The position numbers were made by a program, and so were the translations under genes. Positions 18,381-27,057 of a stretch of 64,000 bases of DNA are shown one piece after another. The notes under the pieces are model-generated. The model made no database searches. It had not been told where the DNA came from and worked only from the letters and a program-made list of their open reading frames with translations. The first letter of the stretch is position 1, and every line of letters starts with the position of its first letter. This DNA comes from Candidatus Caldarchaeum sp. (GTDB lineage Archaea > Thermoproteota > Nitrososphaeria_A > Caldarchaeales > Caldarchaeaceae): contig JAVYLK010000001.1 of assembly GCA_038740895.1 (NCBI GenBank), forward strand, positions 175,656-239,655, in the 5' to 3' direction.

Positions 18381-19088
18381 TTGAAGCCTTTAACGCAGCT
18401 CAAGGTGGAGAAAGCATTCTTCCTCGAGAGGGTTAACAGGTTTTCTGCCAGGGTGAGGAGCGGGGACAGAGTTCTGCCGCTTCATCTCACCAACACGGGG
18501 AGGCTTCACGACCTGCTCCGCCACGGCGTCGAAGTCGTCTACCTCAAAAACGAGACGTCTAAGTCGGCTGGTAGGCTCGTGGGCGTTGTCGTTCCCGGCG
18601 GAGTGGCCGTGGTGGACACGTGGACGCAGGCATCGGCTTTTGAGGAGGCGTTTCGTCAAGGGTTGATTCCATGGCTTGGAGATTTTAGGCTTAAAGGCAG
18701 AGAGGCCGTCGTGGGCGGAAGTAGGGTTGACTACGTCTTCGAAGACCCAGCTGGGGGTTCTGTGTATTTAGAGCTCAAGTCAGCTGTTTACATGAACAAC
18801 TCGGGCGGAGCCATGTACCCTGACACAGTCTCCGAGCGTGGACGAAAACACATAAAGCTCATCACAGCCCTAGCCGAGAAGCATAGCGCGAAGATAGTGT
18901 TCGTGGCCGCTCACCCCCTAGCTGAGTTTTTCACTCCATGCGACGAGGCAGACCCGCTGGTCAGAAAACTTCTCATCAAGGCTGCTCACGCTGGAGTCGA
19001 CGTGCGAGCGGTCAAAACCTTCATGGATTCCTCGGGAGCCGTTTACTGGAGCAGTTCAGACCTCCCCGTCGTATTAGATCCAAGCTAG
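18381..19088 (+). CDS. sfsA: SfsA family protein (sugar fermentation stimulation protein homolog)
   Basis: N-terminus VNRFSARV...LHLTNTGRL and C-terminal nuclease-like core. 235 aa. Confidence 0.65.
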   Translation: MKPLTQLKVEKAFFLERVNRFSARVRSGDRVLPLHLTNTGRLHDLLRHGVEVVYLKNETSKSAGRLVGVVVPGGVAVVDTWTQASAFEEAFRQGLIPWLGDFRLKGREAVVGGSRVDYVFEDPAGGSVYLELKSAVYMNNSGGAMYPDTVSERGRKHIKLITALAEKHSAKIVFVAAHPLAEFFTPCDEADPLVRKLLIKAAHAGVDVRAVKTFMDSSGAVYWSSSDLPVVLDPS

Positions 19089-19922
19089 AAGAAGAGCGGC
19101 GAACACGACTGAGAGCCACGGACTCGAGGCCTTGAATGCGTTCCACGCGTGGGCTTTAGACTGATACTTTATAGTTTTTAGGTTTTCGTGCAGAAGCCAC
19201 GCTGAGGACGGAACCACTAAAGCAAGGTAGGCTAAGGGTGTTGATACGAAGGGCGTCAGCAAAAGCGCAGCCATGACGGACAGCAGGTTGGAGGCTAGGA
19301 TGGCTTTCGCTGTCGGCAGAAATCCATGCTTGACAGGAAGCATCGGCAGGCCCGCCGACCTATAGTCCTCGGCGGCTCTTATTGCAAGGGCCCAAAAATG
19401 CCCCGGCGTCCAGAGGAAAACCACCAAAGCAAGCAGAGCTGGAACTACTGTGAAGTCAGCACCGGCTGCAGCCCATCCAGCCAGGGGCGAGCAGCTCCCA
19501 GCAGCGCCTCCGATGACGATGTTCCAGACAGACCTTCTCTTCAGCCATAGGGTGTAGACGAAGACGTAGACTAGGACGCCCATGAGCATAAAGGACGTCG
19601 TGAGCACGTTGATGAACAAAAGCGAATAGACCGCTGAGGCTGTTGTGAGCGCTAAGCCGAAGACAAGGGCGTTGCGTGGGTTTAGACGGCCGGATGGAAG
19701 AGGTCTTCTGGATGTCCTGCCCATCTTGGAGTCGATGTCCACGTCTAGAAAGTGGTTGATGGCGCTGGCTCCTCCGACAGAGAGATACCCTGCGACGGAA
19801 AGGTGCAGTGCTCCCTGCGGCCCTCCACCTGCGAGGAAGTAGGACACGAGCCCAGTAAGCAGGTTTAGGAAAGTTATCTTCGGCTTCGTCAGCACGGCGT
19901 AGAGTCTAATTTTTCGACTCAT
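19074..19922 (-). CDS. ctaB: protoheme IX farnesyltransferase (heme O synthase, UbiA prenyltransferase family)
   Basis: LTKPKITFLNLLTGLVSYFLAGGG start, about 8 TM segments, UbiA motifs DVDIDSKMGRTSRRPLPSGRL. Confidence 0.7.
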   Translation of the reverse strand: MSRKIRLYAVLTKPKITFLNLLTGLVSYFLAGGGPQGALHLSVAGYLSVGGASAINHFLDVDIDSKMGRTSRRPLPSGRLNPRNALVFGLALTTASAVYSLLFINVLTTSFMLMGVLVYVFVYTLWLKRRSVWNIVIGGAAGSCSPLAGWAAAGADFTVVPALLALVVFLWTPGHFWALAIRAAEDYRSAGLPMLPVKHGFLPTAKAILASNLLSVMAALLLTPFVSTPLAYLALVVPSSAWLLHENLKTIKYQSKAHAWNAFKASSPWLSVVFAALLLAWI

Positions 19923-19937
19923 GCTTCTTGCCTCTTG

Positions 19938-20801
19938 TCAGAAACGCTCAGATATAAACAGGCTGACGTAGGAAATAGCCGCCGACACCACGACAGCCCT
20001 CTCCCATGAAACTCCCTTGGAGCTCACCAACACCGCCGAGACCGCAGCCATCTGCCACACGTGGAGCGCAAGATAGACCCAGCTGGTTATCGATGCAAAC
20101 ATGGCTGAAGACGCCACTCCGAACCCCGATATAATCGTGAAGTACGTTAACAGAATGTTGGACGGCGTGAGGGCTATTGGAAGGGTTAAGGCGATGGCCG
20201 ATTCGCCGCCGAGCCGCAGAGAAGCCAAGAATCCGGCGGCCATTAGCAAAGCCATCAGGAGGAAGATGTTGAGCGTGGATGCTAGCAGTGCGGCTTCAGG
20301 AGACGACATAGGCCTGAAATGTAGGAGGATCTGGCTGTTCGACAGCCTCCACGAAAAAACTACGTAAATGATTGATGATAGAAAAGCCACGGGTACCATA
20401 GTGGCTCTGGACATCTGGACCTTGTCCAGCAGGGGGTTCAGCGTGAACATCAGAAGAAGCCTCCTAGGGCCCTGAAGCCCCCCAACGCTCGACTCGGCCA
20501 AGTAGTCCGAAACCCTCATGGACTCGACAAGCCTAAACCCCCTTTCGCTCAGCATGTACTTCCGCTTGGAAGTCTTGATGACAAAAGGCTGCATAAACTC
20601 TAGGTGGTAGTAAAGAGTTCCTACGCTAATGCCTAGCAGGTGCTTAAGGTCTGTAGCAGCCATGGGACCGTTCTCCTTCAGAAGTGTTATTATCTGCCTG
20701 CGGATGGGGTTTTTTAACAGGGTATAAAACAGCAGCTTCTCATCCTTCGGTTCTAGGGTTTTAGACACCGTAACTAGATTCGGGTTTTCTTCCGCCGCCA
20801 T
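19938..20801 (-). CDS. membrane-anchored transcriptional regulator (N-terminal ArsR-like wHTH + C-terminal multi-TM domain)
   Basis: wHTH segment LLKNPIRRQIITLLKENGPMAATDLKHLLGISVGTLYYHLEFM followed by about 5 hydrophobic helices. Confidence 0.55.
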   Translation of the reverse strand: MAAEENPNLVTVSKTLEPKDEKLLFYTLLKNPIRRQIITLLKENGPMAATDLKHLLGISVGTLYYHLEFMQPFVIKTSKRKYMLSERGFRLVESMRVSDYLAESSVGGLQGPRRLLLMFTLNPLLDKVQMSRATMVPVAFLSSIIYVVFSWRLSNSQILLHFRPMSSPEAALLASTLNIFLLMALLMAAGFLASLRLGGESAIALTLPIALTPSNILLTYFTIISGFGVASSAMFASITSWVYLALHVWQMAAVSAVLVSSKGVSWERAVVVSAAISYVSLFISERF

Positions 20802-20902
20802 AGGTCTTCTCTAACTTCGAATAACATGCCTATAAACCGTTGCTTTCTAACTAGTTAGACTATAAATCCAATAAATAACAGCTCCACCTCTATCGTGGAG
20901 AG

Positions 20903-22168
20903 TTGGCGACTCGTAAACCGGCCACGCTGGCTTTAGCCTTCATGCTGGTAGCCTCCTCGGTGCTCTTACCCACAGCCCTCTCCCAGAACGCCGACCCCAG
21001 CCTAGCCGCTAGGCTAGAAGCGGTCAAAACCGTCGTCCAGAAGCTCAAGTCAAGCGGCTTGGACACCCAGGCTTTCGAGAAGACAATCTCCGACGTCGAG
21101 ACGGCTTTGAGACAGGGCTCCGGCTCGATGGAGTCAGGCATTACGCTTGAGAAGATTCACCGCCAGCTAACACAGGTGTCGGCAGTCCTCGAGCAAGACC
21201 GCCAGAAGGCTGTGAAGGCATACAGCCTGCTAAGCATCATCCACTACCTCAGACCCCTCTCAACCGGCTTCTCCGCTGTTTTACTAGACGTCTCTGAGCA
21301 GCTTGTCGAGCAGGCCTTGAAGGACAGGCAGGACGTCCATCCGGACCTGCTGCCGAAGGCTCAGGCCCTTGTCGACAGCGTTCGCGGCGTTTTTGAAGGG
21401 AAGCCGATTAACCTGAAGGTTGTCCGGAGTGCAGACGCGGGAGGTGAGGAAACCGAGATAAGCATAGCGTCGCTGTCAACGGCGAACGATGTAGTGAGAG
21501 TCTTCATGACTGAGGAGAGGTTGCGGTACTCCAACAACACAGTGGTGGTTTCGAAGAACGCCTTCATCAGTCTCGGAAGCACCATCATCATACAGAAGGA
21601 GACCACGAGGAATGTTGAGCCAGCCTCGGAGAAAACCGTTCTTCTGGGCGAGAACAAAGCAATAGGTGCGGTGCTTTCGCTCAGCAGGCAGTCGAACAAA
21701 CTCCAGCTCGAGAAAACAGAATACGATGTAGCCGTGCTCAGCCATTCCTTCGAACAAAACCATGTGAGGCTCGTGCTGTCCAGCACAAAAGAAGCAGCTG
21801 GAAAGCTTGTGATAATCGATGTAGACAAAGACTTCATGAAAAACTATCTGCCACGAGACATCTCGATAAGGGTTGACGGAACCCCCGCCGTTCTCGCTCA
21901 AAGCATAACAGAGATCCTCACAGAAGACTCGACGGAGCCAAAATACTTCTTGGCTTTAACAGGCAGGGGTCTTCAAATCGTTTTGTACATACCCAACTGG
22001 TCGACGAAGGTTGTGATAATCGGCTCGGCTAGCTCCCTGTCTTTCCAGATAGCGATACCAGGATTCTGGAACAGGGAGTTTGAGCTGTTCGCAACAACTG
22101 TCGGCTTTATGCTGCTCATGGCGTTTGTCTTCGTCGCCAAGGTTCTGAGAAGAACTTTAGACGAATAG
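20903..22168 (+). CDS. secreted/membrane-anchored hypothetical protein (signal peptide + C-terminal TM)
   Basis: TTG start. Signal-like LALAFMLVASSVLLPTALSQ and C-terminal TM FATTVGFMLLMAFVFVAKVL. No enzymatic motif. Confidence 0.45.
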   Translation: MATRKPATLALAFMLVASSVLLPTALSQNADPSLAARLEAVKTVVQKLKSSGLDTQAFEKTISDVETALRQGSGSMESGITLEKIHRQLTQVSAVLEQDRQKAVKAYSLLSIIHYLRPLSTGFSAVLLDVSEQLVEQALKDRQDVHPDLLPKAQALVDSVRGVFEGKPINLKVVRSADAGGEETEISIASLSTANDVVRVFMTEERLRYSNNTVVVSKNAFISLGSTIIIQKETTRNVEPASEKTVLLGENKAIGAVLSLSRQSNKLQLEKTEYDVAVLSHSFEQNHVRLVLSSTKEAAGKLVIIDVDKDFMKNYLPRDISIRVDGTPAVLAQSITEILTEDSTEPKYFLALTGRGLQIVLYIPNWSTKVVIIGSASSLSFQIAIPGFWNREFELFATTVGFMLLMAFVFVAKVLRRTLDE

Positions 22169-22586
22169 CGGGACTGCTGCTGAGATAGTGCTGGACAAGC
22201 CTCCTAGTGTATCTCTCCAGAGGCAGCTGAAGCGACTTCCTCGGCTCGACCCACACGTATCCGTGAATCTCGTAGCAGTCAGCCCTCACATCCGTCGAGA
22301 GAGCCCTGCAGAGAACGTCTACGAAGATAAAGTGCCTCCCCCTCATATAAAACTGGTCGGGGCTGCAGACCTCTTGAAGAGCTATAACTTTCTCAGGCCT
22401 GACGTTGAGGCCAACTTCTTCCCTCGCCTCCCTCACGACGGCGTCGAAGATTTTTTCTCCATAATTCACGTGCCCTCCGGGTATCGAGTAGAGGTAGCCC
22501 CATTTATGGCTCACTACGAGCAAGAGGTTGTCTCTGCGGTCGAGTATGAATGCCCCTACAGTAAGCTCGGGATTTCTACGCTTCAA
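22116..22586 (-). CDS. NUDIX hydrolase
   Basis: Nudix box GGHVNYGEKIFDAVVREAREEVGL. ATGA overlap with the upstream ValRS gene. Confidence 0.8.
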   Translation of the reverse strand: MKRRNPELTVGAFILDRRDNLLLVVSHKWGYLYSIPGGHVNYGEKIFDAVVREAREEVGLNVRPEKVIALQEVCSPDQFYMRGRHFIFVDVLCRALSTDVRADCYEIHGYVWVEPRKSLQLPLERYTRRLVQHYLSSSPAIRLKFFSEPWRRRQTP

Positions 22587-24910
22587 GTTTTCAGCCTGTG
22601 CATGGCTTTCAAGTCTTTCTCGAAAAGCTTAAGCTCGGAAGGTACAGTCATCTCAACTTCGTCCTTCAACGATATTCCACGGCTTTTCTTGAACGACCAA
22701 ACCATGGAGTTGAACTCCATCAGCTTGGATGTGTAGGGGGCGTAGTCTTTGCTCCAAACTGGCTTTGGAAACTTCTCAAGATGAATGCTTTTGCTGCCGT
22801 ATAGCTTTGTCCAGAGGTAGTCGGTTATGAAGGGAGTGATGGGAGCGAGCAGTAGGAGCACGTTTTTGAATACTGCGTGGAGAGTGTAGAGAGCTGCCTT
22901 CCTCTCCTCCTCGTCGAAGCCGTCCCCATAGGCTCTAGGCTTGACCATCTCGACGTAGTGTGGTGCGTAGATGTTCCATACAAACCTCCTGACCTCGTTG
23001 GCTGGTATGAAGAAGTTGAACTCTCTGTATCCTTGGAGGCAGACTTCGATTGTGCGGGACAGCTCGGAAAGTATCCATCGGTCTGAAGGCTGCGGAGCTG
23101 CTCTCTTAGGTACAGGGAACATCGACACATACCGTCCTAGGTTCCAGAGCTTTGAAAGAAACTTTCCAGCTCCAGCGATCCTTGCCTCCGATATCCTAAA
23201 GTCTTCCCCCAAGCTTGCCTCTTGAGCGCTCCAGAACCTGAAGCAGTCCGCCCCGTACTTTTCGAGGATAGGAACCGGGTCTATTACGTTGCCACGGCTT
23301 TTGCTCATCTTCTCCCCGTGTTCGTCTAGGCCAAGACCTCCAAGCCAGACCTTCCTGAAGGGCTCTTTCCCGGTCAAAAGATAGCAGCGTAGAACAGTGT
23401 AGAAAAGCCACGTCCTCACGATGTCCTTTCCCTGAGGCCTTATCGTAGCCGGATAAAGATTCCAAGAGATCTTTCCTGTTTCCCTGTCGCTTATTATGAA
23501 CAACGGGGTGATGCTCGAGTCCATCCAAGTGTCAAACGTTCTTTCGTCTCCGACAAACTGCGTCGAACCGCACTTGGAGCAAGCCTCAACAGGCGGTTTC
23601 TCCTTCCAAGGCCTGTGATACTTCCCGTCGTCGGCAACGTATGTCTCTCCGCATGCCTTACAGTACCAGACAGGTATCTCCGTAGCGTAGACCCTCCTCC
23701 TGGATATGGGCCAGTCAATCGCTAGGGAGTTTATCCAGTTAATCAACAGCTGCCGTGACGGCTCTGGATGGAACTCCATTTTGTAGGCTAGTCGCTTCAG
23801 CTCTTCAACGTAGTCGAGCTGCTTCAGGTAGTATTCTTCCATTGGGATGATCTCTATCGGGGTCTTGCTTCTTTCGCAGACAGGCGTCATGTGAGTTATG
23901 TTCTCGGACTTGACTAACCGCATCGTCTCTACGAGCTTCTCAACCATCTTCTCCCGGGCCTCTTCCACCCTCAACCCGGCTAGGAAACCAGCGTTTTTGT
24001 TCATCTTGCCGTCTAGGTTTATGACTATGCGTTCAGGCAGTTTCAGCTCTCTGAAGAGACGTACATCCGTGTAGTCGCCGTAGCTGCAAACCATCAACGC
24101 ACCGGAACCGTAGTCGGGCTTAGCTTCAGGACGAGGTATGATCTCGACGGCTTCACCGAAGACCGGTGTGATGGCTTTAGCTCCGTGCAGGCCTTTGTAT
24201 CTCTCGTCTGCAGGGTTGACTATGACGGCTCTACAGGCAGGTATGAGCTCCGGCCTTGTAGTGGCTATGGTTATATCTCCACCCTCAGCCAAGTCGAACT
24301 TGATGTAGTGCAGCTTGGAGGGCATCGGCTCGTGGTCCACCTCCGCGTCAGCTATCGTGGTTCCGCAGACGTGGCAGTAGTTGTTCGGCCTAGTGGCTCT
24401 GTATATCATCCCCTTCTTCCACAGCTTCACGAAAGTAGCTTGAGTAAGACGCCTGTACTCGGGCGAGTCAGTCCGGTACTTGTTCTTAAAATCACCGCTC
24501 AACCCCATCCTTTTCATGATTGAAACCATCTCCTCCTCTAGCTCGTCCAGAGAGGTTGAGCAGAGCTCGATGAATTTCTCACGCGGCGTCTTGTGTATGG
24601 AGATGCCGTATTTTTTCTCGGTGTACATCTCGACAGGCAATCCGTTCCTGTCTATGCCTATGGGGAAAAGGGTCATGTACCCTGACATCCTAGCGGTCCG
24701 AGCTATCATGTCAATCTGGCTGTACTGGGCAGCTGCACCTATGTGCCAAGGCCGGCCAGATGGATACGGCGGAGGAGTGTCGATGACAAACTTCTTCTTG
24801 CGAGACCTTCTGCTGAATGCGTAAATGTCTTCTCTCTCCCAGCTTTCAAAGACCTCCTTCTCCAACGCCGGGCTCCAGTTCTTTTCCTGAATGGTGGGAT
24901 TAAGGGGCAT
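22583..24910 (-). CDS. valS: class I aminoacyl-tRNA synthetase of the Val/Leu/Ile family, most consistent with valyl-tRNA synthetase
   Basis: ValRS-like N-terminus (KNWSPALEKEVFESWERE...FVIDTPPPYPSG), degenerate HIGH motif WHIGAA, GIDRNGLPVE, KMSKS motif GEKMSKSRGNVIDP, and a Zn knuckle CKACG...CSKCG. 775 aa. Confidence 0.6.
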   Translation of the reverse strand: MPLNPTIQEKNWSPALEKEVFESWEREDIYAFSRRSRKKKFVIDTPPPYPSGRPWHIGAAAQYSQIDMIARTARMSGYMTLFPIGIDRNGLPVEMYTEKKYGISIHKTPREKFIELCSTSLDELEEEMVSIMKRMGLSGDFKNKYRTDSPEYRRLTQATFVKLWKKGMIYRATRPNNYCHVCGTTIADAEVDHEPMPSKLHYIKFDLAEGGDITIATTRPELIPACRAVIVNPADERYKGLHGAKAITPVFGEAVEIIPRPEAKPDYGSGALMVCSYGDYTDVRLFRELKLPERIVINLDGKMNKNAGFLAGLRVEEAREKMVEKLVETMRLVKSENITHMTPVCERSKTPIEIIPMEEYYLKQLDYVEELKRLAYKMEFHPEPSRQLLINWINSLAIDWPISRRRVYATEIPVWYCKACGETYVADDGKYHRPWKEKPPVEACSKCGSTQFVGDERTFDTWMDSSITPLFIISDRETGKISWNLYPATIRPQGKDIVRTWLFYTVLRCYLLTGKEPFRKVWLGGLGLDEHGEKMSKSRGNVIDPVPILEKYGADCFRFWSAQEASLGEDFRISEARIAGAGKFLSKLWNLGRYVSMFPVPKRAAPQPSDRWILSELSRTIEVCLQGYREFNFFIPANEVRRFVWNIYAPHYVEMVKPRAYGDGFDEEERKAALYTLHAVFKNVLLLLAPITPFITDYLWTKLYGSKSIHLEKFPKPVWSKDYAPYTSKLMEFNSMVWSFKKSRGISLKDEVEMTVPSELKLFEKDLKAMHRLKT

Positions 24911-25022
24911 GGTTCCTGAATCTTGATAACGTGAATTTAAGGGATTTTACCTCCCAAGCCTTACCGGGAAAATAGACAGCTTCCAGCAGGGTTCTATAAC
25001 GGCGTCTTCAGCCTGCTGCGAC

Positions 25023-25328
25023 CTAGACAAACCCTAAAGCCGCTTTGGCGTCCTCGCTCATTCTGTCAGGCGTCCACGGCGGGTCGAACACCAGCTCGAC
25101 GTCGACACGCTCCACTCCTTCGACCAAGGTTGTGATTGCTTCCTTCACCTGCTCCGCCACAAAAGCTCCCACAGGACATCCTGGAGCGGTCAGGGTCATC
25201 TTCACGTAGACGGTTCTTTCGTCGACTATTTTGACGTCGTAAATGAGACCAAGGTCGACTATATTGACCGGGATCTCCGGGTCATAGCAGTTTTTCAACG
25301 CCTCCATAACTTGCTCAACTGTAGCCAT
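25023..25328 (-). CDS. Fe-S cluster assembly protein, DUF59/MIP18 family (SufT-like)
   Basis: ALKNCYDPEIPVNIVDLGLIYDVKI...LTAPGCP. 101 aa. Confidence 0.7.
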   Translation of the reverse strand: MATVEQVMEALKNCYDPEIPVNIVDLGLIYDVKIVDERTVYVKMTLTAPGCPVGAFVAEQVKEAITTLVEGVERVDVELVFDPPWTPDRMSEDAKAALGFV

Positions 25329-25416
25329 CGACGGTTTTATTCTAGCAGGGCAATATAAACATGCGCTTGTATAAACCTTCAGACATAAAGCTGGGCTTCT
25401 CCCTTGTCCGGATGGT

Positions 25417-25923
25417 TTGAAGGCCTGTGTGCTGGTCGGGCCCGAGTTCGAGGACCTCGAGCTTTTTTACCCCGTCATTAGGCTCAGAGAGGAGGGTTTC
25501 GACGTGGACCTTGTTGGGCCGGAAAAGTCTTCTTACGAGGGTAAGCACGGCATACCTGCGTTAGCCGACAAGCGGATAGAGGACGCCAGCCCCGAAGAAT
25601 ATGATTTACTGATAATTCCAGGCGGATGGGCTCCGGACAGGCTGAGAAGGAATGCCCGAGTCGTCGAGTTCGTCAGAGAATTCTTCAACTCAGGCAAACC
25701 CGTCGCAGCAATATGCCACGGCCCTCAACTACTCATATCGGCCAAAGTGCTCAAAGGCTTTAGGCTAACATGCTCGCCAGCCGTCAAAGACGACGTGGAG
25801 AACGCCGGCGCTCTCTACGAGGACAAGCCTGTCGTCGAGGACCGCAACTTGATAACTTCCCGCGGTCCAGCAGACCTGCACCTATTCATGAGGAAGGTGG
25901 TCGAGAGGGTGGTTTCTCGTTGA
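25417..25923 (+). CDS. pfpI: DJ-1/PfpI family intracellular protease
   Basis: TTG start. Catalytic nucleophile elbow AAICHGPQLL and LLIIPGGWAP. 168 aa. Confidence 0.8.
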   Translation: MKACVLVGPEFEDLELFYPVIRLREEGFDVDLVGPEKSSYEGKHGIPALADKRIEDASPEEYDLLIIPGGWAPDRLRRNARVVEFVREFFNSGKPVAAICHGPQLLISAKVLKGFRLTCSPAVKDDVENAGALYEDKPVVEDRNLITSRGPADLHLFMRKVVERVVSR

Positions 25924-26082
25924 GAATGTTCACTGTGGAAGAGCGGTACGACTTGGGCGAGCTGGTGACTTTTAAGCTCAACAAACACAAACCACGTCAT
26001 CGATGGTTTTTTCTTTAAGGAAGGCTTTTCGAGCAGGTTCGTTGAGATCACGCTCTCAAGCCTTGGGGCTGGGAGGAACCAC

Positions 26083-27057
26083 GTGGTCCTCGACCCTTTC
26101 GCCGGCGTTGGCACTACGCCTCTTACCTGCCGTGAGACGGGGGTTCCGTCGATAGGAGTCGAGGTCTCACCCCTATTCCAGTTCATAGCAGACGTGAAGC
26201 TTCAAGACTACGACGTCAACGTCCTCAGGCGTCTCAGGGACGAGGTCATGTCGGTTAAATTCGTAAAACCGGAGTATAGGGCAAGCCCGTTCATACGTAA
26301 GCTCTACCCCAGGCCCGTTCTAGAGGACGTCTTCTTCTTCAAGAAAATATTAGAAGACATGCCGAACGACAAGTACAGGCGGTTCATAACACTGGCTCTC
26401 GTCATAGCCGCTGAGAAATCCTCCTACATTTACCGAGATGGCAGCGTAGTAAAGGCCGTGAAGAATAAGCCGAGAATACCCTCTCTGCGAAAAGCACTCC
26501 GACGTGTGTTGAGCATGATGATAAAGGACGTTGAAACATCCTCGCTGGAAAACGTCGAGTCAAATGTTGTCCTTGGGGACGCGCGACGCCTAGACTTTAT
26601 ACAGGACGAGTCCATCGACATAGTGATTACATCTCCTCCCTACTTGAACAAGATCGAGTACACGCAGTGCTACTGGCCTGAGTACGAGCTCTTCTTTCCC
26701 AACGAACCGCATTCCTCTCTCAGGTCTTACATAGGCGTCAGGCCGGACAGCATGGAGTTTTCCAGCTATTCAGGTGAGGTTCCCCCAGCAGCTCATCTCT
26801 ACTTCGAGGACATTGGCATGGCTTTAAGAGAGCTTCACCGTGTCCTCAAGCACGGGGGAAGAGCCGTCGTAGTGGTTGGTGGTGGAGTTTTCCCCCACAA
26901 GGTGATTGAGACCGACGTCGAGCTGGCCGCCCTAGCTGAAGAGAAAGGTTTCAGAGTCGACAGGATCGTGGCTGTGAACAAAAGAGCTGCGACCACGAGG
27001 AGGGTTGTCAAAATAGGTGAGACTAGAGAAAGCATTATCTACCTTAGCAAACTTTAA
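26083..27057 (+). CDS. N4-cytosine/N6-adenine-type methyltransferase (PF01555-like; motif I DPFAGVGTT, motif IV SPPY). N-terminus apparently split by a frameshift; the putative upstream segment is 25926..26018.
   Basis: VLDPFAGVGTT (SAM binding) near the current N-terminus, then ITSPPYLNKIEY. The in-frame region upstream of the GTG start has no start codon back to a TGA at 25966. A short ORF starting ATG 25926 in the +0 frame, right after the pfpI stop, ends at TAA 26016-18 inside a T6 tract (26007-26012). Confidence 0.6.
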   Translation: MVLDPFAGVGTTPLTCRETGVPSIGVEVSPLFQFIADVKLQDYDVNVLRRLRDEVMSVKFVKPEYRASPFIRKLYPRPVLEDVFFFKKILEDMPNDKYRRFITLALVIAAEKSSYIYRDGSVVKAVKNKPRIPSLRKALRRVLSMMIKDVETSSLENVESNVVLGDARRLDFIQDESIDIVITSPPYLNKIEYTQCYWPEYELFFPNEPHSSLRSYIGVRPDSMEFSSYSGEVPPAAHLYFEDIGMALRELHRVLKHGGRAVVVVGGGVFPHKVIETDVELAALAEEKGFRVDRIVAVNKRAATTRRVVKIGETRESIIYLSKL

